From positions 8,494,001 to 8,558,000 of the forward strand of contig OZ116707.1 of assembly GCA_964199315.1 (NCBI GenBank): a DNA stretch of 64,000 nucleotides, in the 5' to 3' direction. The stretch comes from Orbicella franksi. Its lineage: Eukaryota. Under the pieces are notes generated by a model. That model searched no databases and was not told the DNA's origin. It worked only from the letters and a program-made list of their open reading frames with translations. Below, in pieces: positions 25,801-36,827 of this stretch. The position numbers were made by a program, and so were the translations under genes. Position 1 is the stretch's first letter. Every line of letters begins with the position of its first letter.

Positions 25801-26664
25801 ATGATTCAACAAACGGAAAAAAAGAAGAAAAGAAAGCAGTCGAGATCACGTAAGTAAAAAAATAAAAATACCCATTACCCTGGAGATGTAATAACTTGCT
25901 TGCAACAACAGTCACCAGAATTCATTACTGAGGCCTAATGAGATGATAGTACGCACTTAGACTGTAACAGGAGTGATCTCTAGATCTCGGGGAAACGAAA
26001 TACAAATACTTAATGAAATGGCATTTCTACTAAAAAGGTAAAAGATGTTTATTTCTGCTCATGTCCGCTGGAAAATCCCGGTCTAGATAAGCAGCTGAAA
26101 CATGAGGAGCTAACTCTATCTGTTTAGCTACTTTTATGTTTTAACGTTAGTTTTCCGTAGGTTTTCGTGTTGTTGCTGTAATTACCTGTGATTAAGCACT
26201 TTAGTTAGCTTTTCTTTGGTACACTGTTTGTGTGCGCATTATTCGATTGCTTGTACTTAGTACTATTGTAATTTAAAATTCTAACGGCAATGTATTAGTG
26301 TAAGTTGAACTTGTAATATTGACATAAATTCAAATTCGCACTGTAACGAACACTTGCAACTGAAGATGATCGATGATTGATCGAAACATGTCTTGCAAAC
26401 TCAAAGTTGTCCATTTTTTATGTTTATTTTTCCACAGATCTTCCATTTAGAGTCATAGTCAGCTCTGAAATTCCAACTAAAAAAGGCCGCAAAAGTGAAG
26501 ACTCACTAGACGTGTGCAACATCTGTCGAAGCAAGAAGAAAACGGGCCACATATGTTGCACCAATTGCAAGCAGTGGCAACATTTCAAATGTGCCAAAAT
26601 TAACCTTCAGGAAGCAAAAGAAATCGGAGGGCATATCAAATGCAACAAATGCAAAAACCAGTGA
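22847..26664 (+). CDS. Multi-exon gene: unidentified N-terminal domain, acidic repeated linker, basic NLS-like stretch and C-terminal PHD finger
   Basis: GT-AG exons 22847-23076, 23180-23310, 23544-23600, 23902-23973, 24083-24139, 24431-24505, 24622-24676, 24919-~24991, 25092-25153, 25789-25849 and 26438-26664. Phases are consistent except exon 7 (-2 nt) and exon 8 (-1 nt); skipping both gives an open frame. PHD: CNIC...CCTNCKQWQHFKC...CNKC. Confidence 0.7.
23480..24995. repeat. ~540-bp tandem duplication (~3 copies) carrying an exon pair
   Basis: AAGTCAGTGGAG..GCTGTTGACCAGGATGAAGATG and TCATGAATG.CTCTCCTGGAGGA recur together with the flanking intron sequence. Confidence 0.88.
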
Positions 26665-27039
26665 CAAAGACTACAACAACTACACTTAGCGAACTTTTGT
26701 TAAATACATACCGACTCGCAAAAGCTCCTAACACAATAGTGATTACTGCGAACACCTAGATAAGGCTATAATGAAGTGATTTGAGTGACATCAGTTTGAG
26801 TTGATAGAAGAAGAAAAAGGAATGCCTTAGTTCGACGGAATTTTAAAAATCTTCTGGGCCGGTCATGGCTAATATTTTTTCCTTGCAAGATATGGTAACT
26901 TTCATTCAGAAACATTAAAAGTTCATTCAAGTTTCGCAAGTAGAGTATTGTCTGTTTATGGAAACATATTAGTGGAGGTATATCACAATTCTTATAGAAT
27001 TTGATGGGAGGCAGTGCGTTATTTTGTTGCCGCGACCGG

Positions 27040-27240
27040 TGAGTGGAGTAGAGTCAAGTTGCGTGATAAATATGTAGTAGAGTCAATACAGGTTGAGAAG
27101 AGTCTAGATGCATGTGTTTGGTAGAGTAGAGGGTCGAGTAGAGCTGCGTGATTTAGTACAGTCGAGAAAGGTAGGTTTGTGATGAGTAGAGATGCATAAG
27201 GTAATGCGATTTTCGAGTAGATGCAAGAACTCTACTACTG
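27040..27240. repeat. Degenerate (GTAGA/GTCGA)n pentamer tract upstream of the Tc1 ORF
   Basis: GAGTAGAG and GTCGAGTAGAG motifs; reverse complement of the pentamer type at 6555-7330. Confidence 0.6.
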
Positions 27241-27369
27241 TTTGAGTTCAGCGATTTTATAAATATTTCGTTTTCCAGAATCATGAAAAAAAGGAAGACA
27301 ATCTTTTTAATAACATGTTCTTACGCTAGAGGGACTTGACTATTATGTTGATCAAACGACGTTGAGTGG

Positions 27370-28287
27370 ATGAGTCGAAGTTTCGAAACTACACCTAGAG
27401 AAGTTGATCAAAAATGGCGACACATTTTAAGTATACTAGAATTGAGGGACGAAGAGGGCTCATTTTCCTCACGACATCTGATGGAGCGTACAGGAATTCA
27501 TCATGTCACCAACCGAACTGTTAGGCATTTACTAAATAGAAATGGTTACCCCTTCTGTCAGGCATGCAAAAAGGGGCTAATGAGTCAGACAGACAAAGAC
27601 CAGAAAGTGGAGTTTGCCCGAAAAATGCAAGCAGAATACCCCCCAAGTGTTTGGACAGATTCTGTCGCTTTCTATTTGGATGGTGTCTCATTCGTGTACA
27701 AGATTAATCCGCTGAACTAAGCTCGTGCCCCAAAAGGAAGAGTATGGAGGAAAAGATCTGAAGGCCTGACACGAAGGTGTTTGGCAAAAGGCAGTAAATC
27801 CGGAACAGGAGGAAAAGTGGCCAAGCTCATGATAGCAAAAAGTCACAGCAAAGGAGTGCTGGTTTGCGAAAGATACGAGAAAATAGATGGAAACTGTTTC
27901 GCATCTTTTATTGACCAGCATTTCAACACTATGTTTGAATGATCATGCAAAGGATTAAGTCGACTTTGCCTGCAAGACAGTGATCCTTCACAAAACAGCA
28001 AAGCAGCCCGTGAGGCTATGGTTCTTTGCCATTGTGAACTTTTAAAAATCCTGCCGCGAAGTCCAGACTTGAATCCAATAGAGAACATTTTTCACATTGT
28101 CACTAAGAAGTTGGCAAAAGATGCGCTTGAAAGAGGCATAACAAGAGAGTCATATGAACAGTTTTGTGAAAGGGCACAAAGAATGATCCGTGGTATTTCA
28201 CAACAACTGATAGATAGAACTATACAGTCTATGAGTGTTTGTGTGGCCGGCATAATATGAAATCGTGGCGAAAGACTGAAATATTGA
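27370..28287 (+). pseudogene. Tc1/mariner DD34E transposase with in-frame stops
   Basis: RTVRHLLNRNGY, FYLDGVSF (D1), QDSDPSQNS (D2) and RSPDLNPIENIF (E), with 34 residues between D2 and E. Three internal stops. Confidence 0.92.
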
Positions 28288-28893
28288 ATTTTAAGATATG
28301 TGGGTACTTGAATTATGTTTCAATGACATTTGGACATTTTGGTGATGGTTTACAATATATTCTACGAGATTTAAGCCTCCTTGTGATGGTTTTTTGACGA
28401 TTTATTACAGTTTCAGGCTAATTTAAATAAAATATGAATTAATGTTTGTTATTTACTTTTTAAAAGTCGAAATCGTCGAAAATCATGTAAAATCACTAGA
28501 ACAGTTGAAATATCACAAGCAATGAGGGTTCATCTATCGCGCTCGCCTAGTTCCTTTGGTTTTTTTTCTTTTTCTTTTTCTGTTCGTATCTTATTTAGGG
28601 AAATTTGTTCTCTTAAACAGTTTGTTCAAGCCAAACTTATTTTTTATTGTTCCTATTCTCTTTTATTATTGGGACTTTTCGTAAAGAAGTGGTGTAATGT
28701 AGTTTACCTTGGACTTGATAACTTAACAATTACTTTATTTCATTCAAGATTCTATTCTATATGAATATCTTTTACAATGCAATAGTAAAATTGCTTTTTT
28801 ACTGATAACTTACATTGGGAAATTGACAAATGAATACACAAATCGCAAGCGATTACTTTCTGACTAGTTCATAGAAAAAATTGATTGATTCAT

Positions 28894-30074
28894 TTATTGC
28901 CGTAAAATGAATTCAGCAAAAACATGTAGCATACGGTTGAATGGACAATTGTTCGTTCTGCAGAATCTGCCTCTGAAACTGAAAAGCCTTCCATTGTACT
29001 GCCATCATTTCTGTCTCCACCTGGTCGATGACCCCTCCCTTGACGTATATGAAATCGTGCTTTGTGGTGCAAAAAATCGGGGTGTCATTGTGAAATTCGA
29101 GATCTTTAGAAAAATGTGATTATGGAGCCAGGAGATGCACCTGCTGACCCTCGAGCATCAATAGCAAATTGTGCCACTGGATAATCTGTGTATTTCATCT
29201 GAAGTCATTTAAGAAAATGACTTCTGCCTTTTTTGCCCCTACCCAGGCGAAAGTGCAGTGGCGGGATTAGTGAAAGACTTGTAAACAATGTTTAACGGAT
29301 TAAGTAAAAATATCTTGCCTGTATTTGCAGGGCCCTTGATTAAAATGTTGCAAAATTTTCCCCTCCCCTGTTCTAGGAGATTTTTCACAGCCTTGGTAAA
29401 AACTTCAATTGGCATGTGGTTCCATATAAGTAGCTGTTGAGCACATTCCGCTTTATCAATGTGTTACTGATGTTTCTCCCCATCATCGGAGAGTAGCCAT
29501 CTTCTTGATCTCTTTTTTTACTTCGTTCGCTTTCTCTGCCACTTGTGGTATCTGATGCCAAATCATGAAAATCTGTGGTCAGTTGCCGTGGCTTTGCCTG
29601 CACTTGACTTGCGGCCATTGTTCTAGGTTGACCTGAGTTGCCTAAATCTGGATGGCCAGCAGACTGGAAATCTGTGGTAGAAATGGACTGTGGACTGAAA
29701 TCTTCATCTTCTTTGGTGGTGTACAACCATGCCGAATAGTAGTTGGTGTGCCGGTGAGAAAAGTGAACGTAAACATTCCACTTGTTCTTTAAATATTGCC
29801 ATATCGGCAGCCACCTCTTAATCTTGTTTAGTTTAATGACCATGTGATAATGCTTCCCTTGCTTTTTATGGTTTTCCTGGCTACAAGTCCATTGAATTAC
29901 TTTCAATTTCGGTCCCTCACAATTCAAAATCGCCTCAAACACCATCTGCGAACGACTGTCTGTCCAGGAAAATGCTGAGATCAACTTGGCTGTAGGTTAT
30001 TAAGTACACGCTTCTCGATTTGGCTTGCTGCAGTTCGTTATCGGAACTTTTGGATTGTGAACTACTACATACAT
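28894..30074 (-). pseudogene. rep: Rolling-circle Rep: HUH endonuclease plus SF3 helicase, decayed
   Basis: Motif I YLITYS (29989-30006), HUH HYHM (29841-29852), motif III YTTK (~29712-29723), Walker A GPANTGKI (29311-29334), Walker B VIFLNDFR (~29198-29221) and a TPIFCTT motif-C-like segment. Several frameshifts and stops. Confidence 0.85.
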
Positions 30075-30600
30075 AGTAAGAGTAACTCCATCATGACGTG
30101 CTGACGAACTTCTTTGACAAGTATAAGCAGAAATATGGAACCGTTACGCTACTTTCAATTTCCCGTGCAAGACTATTCCAAAAGCATTCTTCAAACAAAA
30201 TAGAAAGCTGACTAAGTTAAGGCATGAACTTGACAATTTCACTCTGAATATTGCATGCATTTATGCATCTTTTGTTTTAAAGTATGTAAAATGCTTAAAA
30301 TAGCACTTGATTAAGTGTCACAGAAATCACTGTCTCAATCTTGACTGGGTATGCCTCCACCGTAAGGTTTGCATTCTGATATACAGTGAATCTTGTAAGC
30401 GTTCAACTGCTACAATAGTCCTGCCATTACCATAAATAACACACCTAGTCACACCAGTATGAATCTCGGACAATCTTGGAGAAAATAAAAAGGAACAATT
30501 AACCCCCTTCCCCATCAAAGCAATGATGAAGGCACGAAGGAGCAAAAACACGCCATTTTGGCATCATTGAAATGGGAGAGGGGTGGTCCAGGTGTTCCAT

Positions 30601-31914
30601 TTATTTTGTCCAAGATTGTAGGTACACAAAGGATTCCACATCTTCCACCTCCTCTCCTTCTATCCTGATGTAGTCCGTGCATCTGTGGTTCATCCTAAGC
30701 GTCTTTGTTTTGCGCAGGTTGATCTTAAGCCCAACAATGTCAGCAGTGGCTGCTAGCCTATCGCTCTTCTCCTGGAGATCAGCAAATCTGCTTGAGATTA
30801 GAGCAACATCATCAGCATAGTCCAGGTCTTCAAGGACTGATGTGAATTTCCATCTCAAGCCGCGTTTCCTATCATTTGTGTGCCGCATGACCCAGTCCAT
30901 GATCAAGACAAAGAGGAAGCCAGACAACACACACCCTTGCCGCATGCCGCTCTTCACTTCGAACCAGCTAGAATACCTTCTGCCTTCTATGACACAGCTT
31001 GAGCTCTGATATAGTGCCTTAAAAGTCCTGATAAAGATGTCAGGGATGCCATACTGCCCCATAATCTCCTTAAGTCTCTCAATGATAATGCAGTCGAAAG
31101 CCTTCGAAAAGTAAACAAAGTTAATGTACACTGGTGCTTGCCATTCCCGGCACTGCTCAAGGATGTTCTGAAGAGCAGAGATTTGCTCAGAGGTTCCCCT
31201 TCCAGATCGAAATCGTGCCTTCTCCTGCCTAATCACCTTGTCCATGTCACTGTTCAATCTGTCAATGAGGACCCTGCATAGGATTTTGCTTGGTACAGAG
31301 AGTAGGGATATACCACAATAGTTATCACTCTGAGTGAGGTCACCCTTCTTCAGCACCTTCACTATGAGTGACTTCTGCCAGTCCTCTGGTATACATTGTT
31401 CTTTCCAGATAGTGTTAATAAGTAAGTGGAGTTGTTTCACAGCATCCTTCTCCGAGCACTTGAGCAACTCAGCACTGATGCCACCAATCCCTGGACTCTT
31501 GCCATTCTTCAGACGGTAGATCACTCTCTTAATTTCAGCAACTGAGATGTCACCAGTGTCGATGCTTGTGATGACCCCAGGTGCTTGATCTGTCACTGGC
31601 AGGGGTATGTCAGGTCGTACATTCAAAACTTCGTCGAAGTGTTCCCTCCACCTTTCTAAGACTTCTTCTTCATTTACAAGTCACTTGCCCTCTTTATCTT
31701 TGATGGTAGTCATATTCCTTCCTTGTCCAGCTATCTTTCTAGTGAGCTGGTACAGGTCACCACTGCAGTTGTTCCTGGCTGCTGTCTCAGCTTCCTCTGC
31801 TAAGGTGTTCAGCCATCTATGCTTGTCTGCCCGGGTGCTGGCTTTCACCTCCTTGTCCTCCGTATGGTTTTGGTTTAATCTAAGGTCAAAATCAATTAGG
31901 CACATCACAGACAA
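30601..31914 (-). mobile_element. RTE-clade LINE reverse transcriptase fragment
   Basis: LKNGKSPG, NYCGISLLSVPSKIL, FSKAFD, GMRQGCVLS and LEDLDYADD. Confidence 0.92.
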
Positions 31915-32146
31915 TCAGTGACATTCACGACTTGCCTGAGCAAATGAGCAGTTACATGTACTTGCCTGGAAGGACCAGAGAGCACTTTTATCAAGCCCTG
32001 ACCACATGGTTGTGTTTCAAATTTTACCTCATTTTGATTAAGGCATTGTATGCTACTATTTGGGTCAGTGTTACTTACATGTAGTGACGTGTTAGTGTTT
32101 CTGTCATTACATTAAGGAATGTTTGTTGATGTTTCTGTTATTACAT

Positions 32147-32620
32147 TTAGGAGTGTCTGCAGATACATTTTCTGTAATTACATGTGGTAAGGACCTTGAA
32201 AGAGTTACAATAAGGGACTGTAAGATCAACTTTACACTCCGTGTAGTTCAAAATGTAACATACACTGGCACTTGTAATCAAGTAACCATTGTCAGTAACC
32301 CCTGCAACTGTATCATGACAAGACTTCCTGATGTAATGACTGTTCCAGTGATCTCTTACTTTATCAAGTTCATTTTGAGTTACTTTGGAGAAACAAAACC
32401 ATAAACATTCCATGTGAAAAACTACATTTTCAGTGCCACAATCAGATCGTACAATTCTTGGGCAAACTCCTACATTCTGGACAGCATCTAAAAAAATGTG
32501 GCAAGATCTTTGGATTATTGTTAGATTTGTCTACTTCCAACCAAATTTTTCTTCTGTTGTACCCACAGATGCAGCCATGGGTTGGGAAGCCATATGATTT
32601 TAGTTTGTCATACCCTGGGA
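32147..32620 (-). pseudogene. IS3EU/IS481-like eukaryotic integrase-core fragment, internally deleted
   Basis: GYDKLKSYGFPTHGCI.GY.RRKIWLEV, CPRIVRSDCGTEN and ECLWFCFS...ELDKVRDHWNSHYIRKS. Confidence 0.7.
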
Positions 32621-33874
32621 GTCAAAAATATACATAACTTAATTTGAACTTCATATCCTAAGTATGCAAAATCTTATACCATGTCTTGATATCACCCTTC
32701 AAGGCTAAGCCCTCCTTTCCCACCTCTTTTTATTGATTAGAGTTCTTTTGTAAGTGATGAATCACTCTCAAAATGAATGAAAGACAAAAAGGAGTGATGG
32801 GCTCAGGGGGAGGGGTTGGGTGGAGGTGGGCTTATAAAGAAGAGTAAACAATTTTGGTCAGTCGCTGGGGCTTCCAGCCTTTCACAGAACTGTGGGATAA
32901 TTCAACTTCCAACCTAATTTACACATGCCAAGCTAGAGACTCGATATTATTGCTCACACTAGGAGACCTCTTTTCCATGACAACCAGCGGCTTTGCGGTC
33001 ACGTGCCAATATGCTGTAATAAGTTTTCACACATTCCTTTGCATACCTCGAGTGTTGGCAATCACTGAGCTGTCGATTGCAGTGTACAAAAGGAAACAGA
33101 CTTACTAAGTTATCTAGCAAAGATAATTGTATCAGGCTATTTTTGGAAAAAACTTAAAATCGCACCAAATATGATTTTGGATACCTTCAGCGGGACTTCG
33201 TCACTTTGGCTAGCGAGCGTTCACAATGCTGTATTGCCCTGCGACGATCCTTGTAGATGCCATGATATTTCATGTTTTTTCGAGACCGCTCGACCAAGGA
33301 AAGTCACGGTACGCATTAAATGATTGTTTATGTGCTAAGGTACCATGAAGATTCAATGAGTGTCATTTGGTCCAGCTATTCCCTGATGATGTTCGCCAAA
33401 TAAATATTGCTGATCTGCAGGATGCAAATGGCCCAGTCTTAAGTCAGTGGTTCAATAAGTTAGATGCAAAGAAATCTATGGAGCAGGTTTATGTGGGCAG
33501 TACATTTGCTGTAGTTGCTGGGAATTTGGCTCTTAAAAACCCATCAGCATCGGAGTTTCTACGATCAGAAGCCTTTCTATCCCTGAAGTCTGCCATAAAC
33601 AAGCACAAATTGAAAATCACTGACTCGAATCAAGACAGTCAACACTCCGGAGATTCTTTAAACTGTTTTGACAAAGGTCCTGATGATAAAGGAGGAGAAA
33701 TGCTGCAACAGCAAGAATCAAAAATGTCAAAATCCCGGGAAAGTTCAGAAAGCCCGCTAAATTGCTCCACTCCAAGAAGAGAAAGTCCACCAAACTTTGA
33801 AAGTGTCTTTTGCAATTCTTGTGACAATTCTGCAGAATCCGACCAATCGGGCCTGTCAGTCTCTCCACTGTTAA

Positions 33875-36827
33875 CCCTTTAAGACCCAATCGTACATATA
33901 TGTATGATTCGTCATGTGCTCTTAAAAATGTGGGCTTACTTCAACAGGCATTCTGGGATTGAAGTAGAACACTATTATGGGATACCCAGAAATGCCTTGC
34001 TCACATCAATTCAGTTTTTGTCAAATTCTTGATTTCAAGAGGCACTTTTTCTTCGATATTTTCTTGCCCAAGTTTTACTGGCGATTGAAAAATGGCCGCA
34101 CGGTATTTCACTTTGGAAAAGGTTCTGGAGAGAGAGCTAAACGATGAAGAAGTCAGTGATTTTAATGACCAAAGTGAATAAGACTTGCTGGATGTGTCAT
34201 CAGAAGCGAAAACAATGGCGATTCAAGCAAAAATGAGGCTGAACTCATGGAAAATACTGACGACTCTGGTAACTTCATGCGCACTGTTTACATTTGGAAT
34301 CGAACATTTTTCATTTATGAACAGTATCGCTTTGTTTCCTAGTATTTTTTTATGGGAATTTCTTTTTATAAACATTCAGATGTTAGCAACGAAGAACCCA
34401 ACAGCAATGGCAGCTGTGATGGTGGTGCAAGTGCACGTGGTCGAACAACAGGCTCGCATGGAAGTCGAGGATAACTACTGCACTTCAGAGGAGGTCATCA
34501 AGCACCTTGCCGTGGTGCTCCGCGGCATGGTCGAGCAAATGGAAGACAACCACGAAATGCTGATCCAGAATTACAGTGGTCTAGAGATGTAGGAGTACAC
34601 ACGGTACCCCAACAGTTCACTGAGGCAGCACCAGGACCTTCTAGACGATTTGTAAACCCGGAGGAAAATTCAGCTAAGTTTTATTTTGATCTTCTTTTCA
34701 CTGATAACATCTGGGAAATGCTGGTTCAAGAAACCAACAATAATTATAATTTTATGGTCAGAACTGACCCAAACAAACATAAACAGTCATGGAGCCCAGT
34801 GGCAAGGGATGAAATGGAAACCTTTGTGGGTATTATGATTTTGATGGGCATTATCAAGTTGCCACGTTTTCGTATGTACTGGAGAGATTATCTTGTTCAC
34901 CAAGAAGGTATCAGTGCGGTTATGTCACGCACCAGGTTTTTACAAATCTGGCTTTATTTTCATCTGGCTGATAATTCAGTTGCGGTCCCAGTTGGTTCTG
35001 ATGGATATGATAAACTCTACAGAGTCAGCGAATTTCTTAACATCATTTCGTTGAACATCAGCAGGGAGTATAAACTTTCAAGGGACATTGTGATTGACAA
35101 AATCATGGTCCCTCACAAGGGCAGATTTTCATTCAAACAATACATCAAGAATAAACCAACCCAATGGGGTATAAAACTCTGGGTGTTATCAGAGTCCAAA
35201 ACTGGCTATGTTTATAAATTTCAAGTTTATCTTGGTAAAGAGGGGGGCAACCCAGAACAAAATTTGGCACAACGTGTTGTCCAAGACCTCACTGCACCAA
35301 TTGAAGGGAACAACCATCATTTGTATATGGACAACTTCTACTGTGACCCTCACTTGTTTATTGAACGCATGAACTCTGGCATTTATTGCTGTGGCATGGT
35401 CAGATCTGGGAGGAAAGGATTTCCAAAAGATATTCTTATTGCAAAAGCTGATGAAAAGCGGCTGCCCTGGGGACACTACCAGTTCAGAACCCATGACCAG
35501 CTTGTTGCTATGAGCTGGTTTGATAAGTGTGGGGTTTACTTGTTTTCAACAATTCATCCACCTAAAAATCCTGATGGCACCCTTCCAACTGTACCATGTA
35601 AAAATGGGCGAGAGCAAGTGGATGTTCCTTGTCCTCCTGCCCAGGTAGACTACCAAAAGTACATGGGTGGGGTGGACCTATCGGATCAGCTTATCAAGAC
35701 ATTTTCTGTGGTCAGAAAATCAAGGAAAGCTTGGAAGCTATTAGGGTATGGCCTGGAGGTTTGCCTTCTTGATTATCTTGTTGTAATGAGGAAAGCAAAT
35801 CCCCAGTCCTCCCAGGAGTTTATCGACTTCCGGCTGAAAGTGGCTCACCAGCTGATTGGAGAAAGGTCATTTCGCCGAAAAGCTGGCCAACCTCCCAGCC
35901 TCCCTCTATCTGCGACGGATGAAAAGAGGCTAAATGACAAAAGGCATGTCCTGGGGGTGACTGGCACAAGAAAAGACTGTGCTCTTTGTGCAAAGAAAGC
36001 CATCATCAAGAAGCTGGGAAAAAATTTTCGGTACAAGTCATATATTGTCTGTGTCACATGTAATAGCACCACGCTATGCATCAAGCAGGCTAGAAACTGT
36101 TGGGAAAAGTGGCACACATCATGTGTTTATTGGTAGTAGTAAAGACTTGTGGACAAGTTTCAAAGTACTCTGTGTTTTCTCAAACATTGTTTTCTGCTGA
36201 AAGTACTTTGTATTTTCACAAACAACATTGTTTTCTGCTGAAGGTTTGAAATTTAGAGTTTAGCCCTCATTACTTTCAGCAACAAGTGACTGCAACTCAC
36301 TTTTGTACCAAGAGTATTTCATTTTATTCAGATATACTGTTTTGTGCTTTCAGAATACCTTTCGAGCAAATAAAAGGGTATTTTCCAACTCTTTTATGTA
36401 ATTAGATTTTAGATCAGTTTGTTTACTGACAATGCTAAACATTTCTAGCGCGATCGAACAAACAAAAACTTCTGTTCTATTTATGATATTCACAAGCAGT
36501 TTTTTGCATTCTGTTCCTATGAAAATGTACAATCTGGTTATTATAGATATAAACCAGGCAGGGGTCTTTTCCATGGTGAAATATGACGGTATTTTCATAT
36601 TTTTGGGTTCATCGCAAACAGTGAGGATGTCATTCACTTACCCTGAAAGGCGTAAATTGATATTTAGTACATTAAAACACCTTTTGTTGGAAAGAGAATT
36701 TCATAAGGAATAACAAAATATATAGTTGTATGGCATTAAATTGGAATCTTGATGATCTGTGAGTCAAAATGTTGTCACGGTTTGGGGAAAATAATTTGCT
36801 CTGAAAAAAATTTTGGGTCTTAAAGGG
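33875..36827 (+). mobile_element. Full-length piggyBac DNA transposon (2953 bp)
   Basis: TTAA at 33871-33874 and 36828-36831. Perfect 15-bp TIR CCCTTTAAGACCCAA / TTGGGTCTTAAAGGG. Confidence 0.97.
34718..36136 (+). CDS. piggyBac (PGBD-type) transposase core, 472-aa open frame; N-terminal extension has a premature stop
   Basis: DDD triad VIDKIMV, YMDNFY and GGVDLSDQ; KNKPTQWGIKLWVL; C-terminal cysteine-rich domain CALC...CVTC...LC...C...H. Confidence 0.93.
   Translation: MLVQETNNNYNFMVRTDPNKHKQSWSPVARDEMETFVGIMILMGIIKLPRFRMYWRDYLVHQEGISAVMSRTRFLQIWLYFHLADNSVAVPVGSDGYDKLYRVSEFLNIISLNISREYKLSRDIVIDKIMVPHKGRFSFKQYIKNKPTQWGIKLWVLSESKTGYVYKFQVYLGKEGGNPEQNLAQRVVQDLTAPIEGNNHHLYMDNFYCDPHLFIERMNSGIYCCGMVRSGRKGFPKDILIAKADEKRLPWGHYQFRTHDQLVAMSWFDKCGVYLFSTIHPPKNPDGTLPTVPCKNGREQVDVPCPPAQVDYQKYMGGVDLSDQLIKTFSVVRKSRKAWKLLGYGLEVCLLDYLVVMRKANPQSSQEFIDFRLKVAHQLIGERSFRRKAGQPPSLPLSATDEKRLNDKRHVLGVTGTRKDCALCAKKAIIKKLGKNFRYKSYIVCVTCNSTTLCIKQARNCWEKWHTSCVYW

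Noticed and set aside
19950-27040. Terminal inverted repeats bounding the Merlin/PHD module
   Set aside because: Only a short direct similarity (CTAACACAAT at ~20340 and ~26728) was seen; no convincing inverted pair or TSD.
28500-30330. ssDNA-virus origin stem-loop or capsid ORF near the Rep
   Set aside because: No NANTATTAC nonamer in a hairpin and no capsid-like ORF were recognisable by eye.
34185-34592. 135-aa ORF as an independent gene
   Set aside because: It is an off-frame read across the piggyBac N-terminal exon and probable intron; the transposase frame is different.
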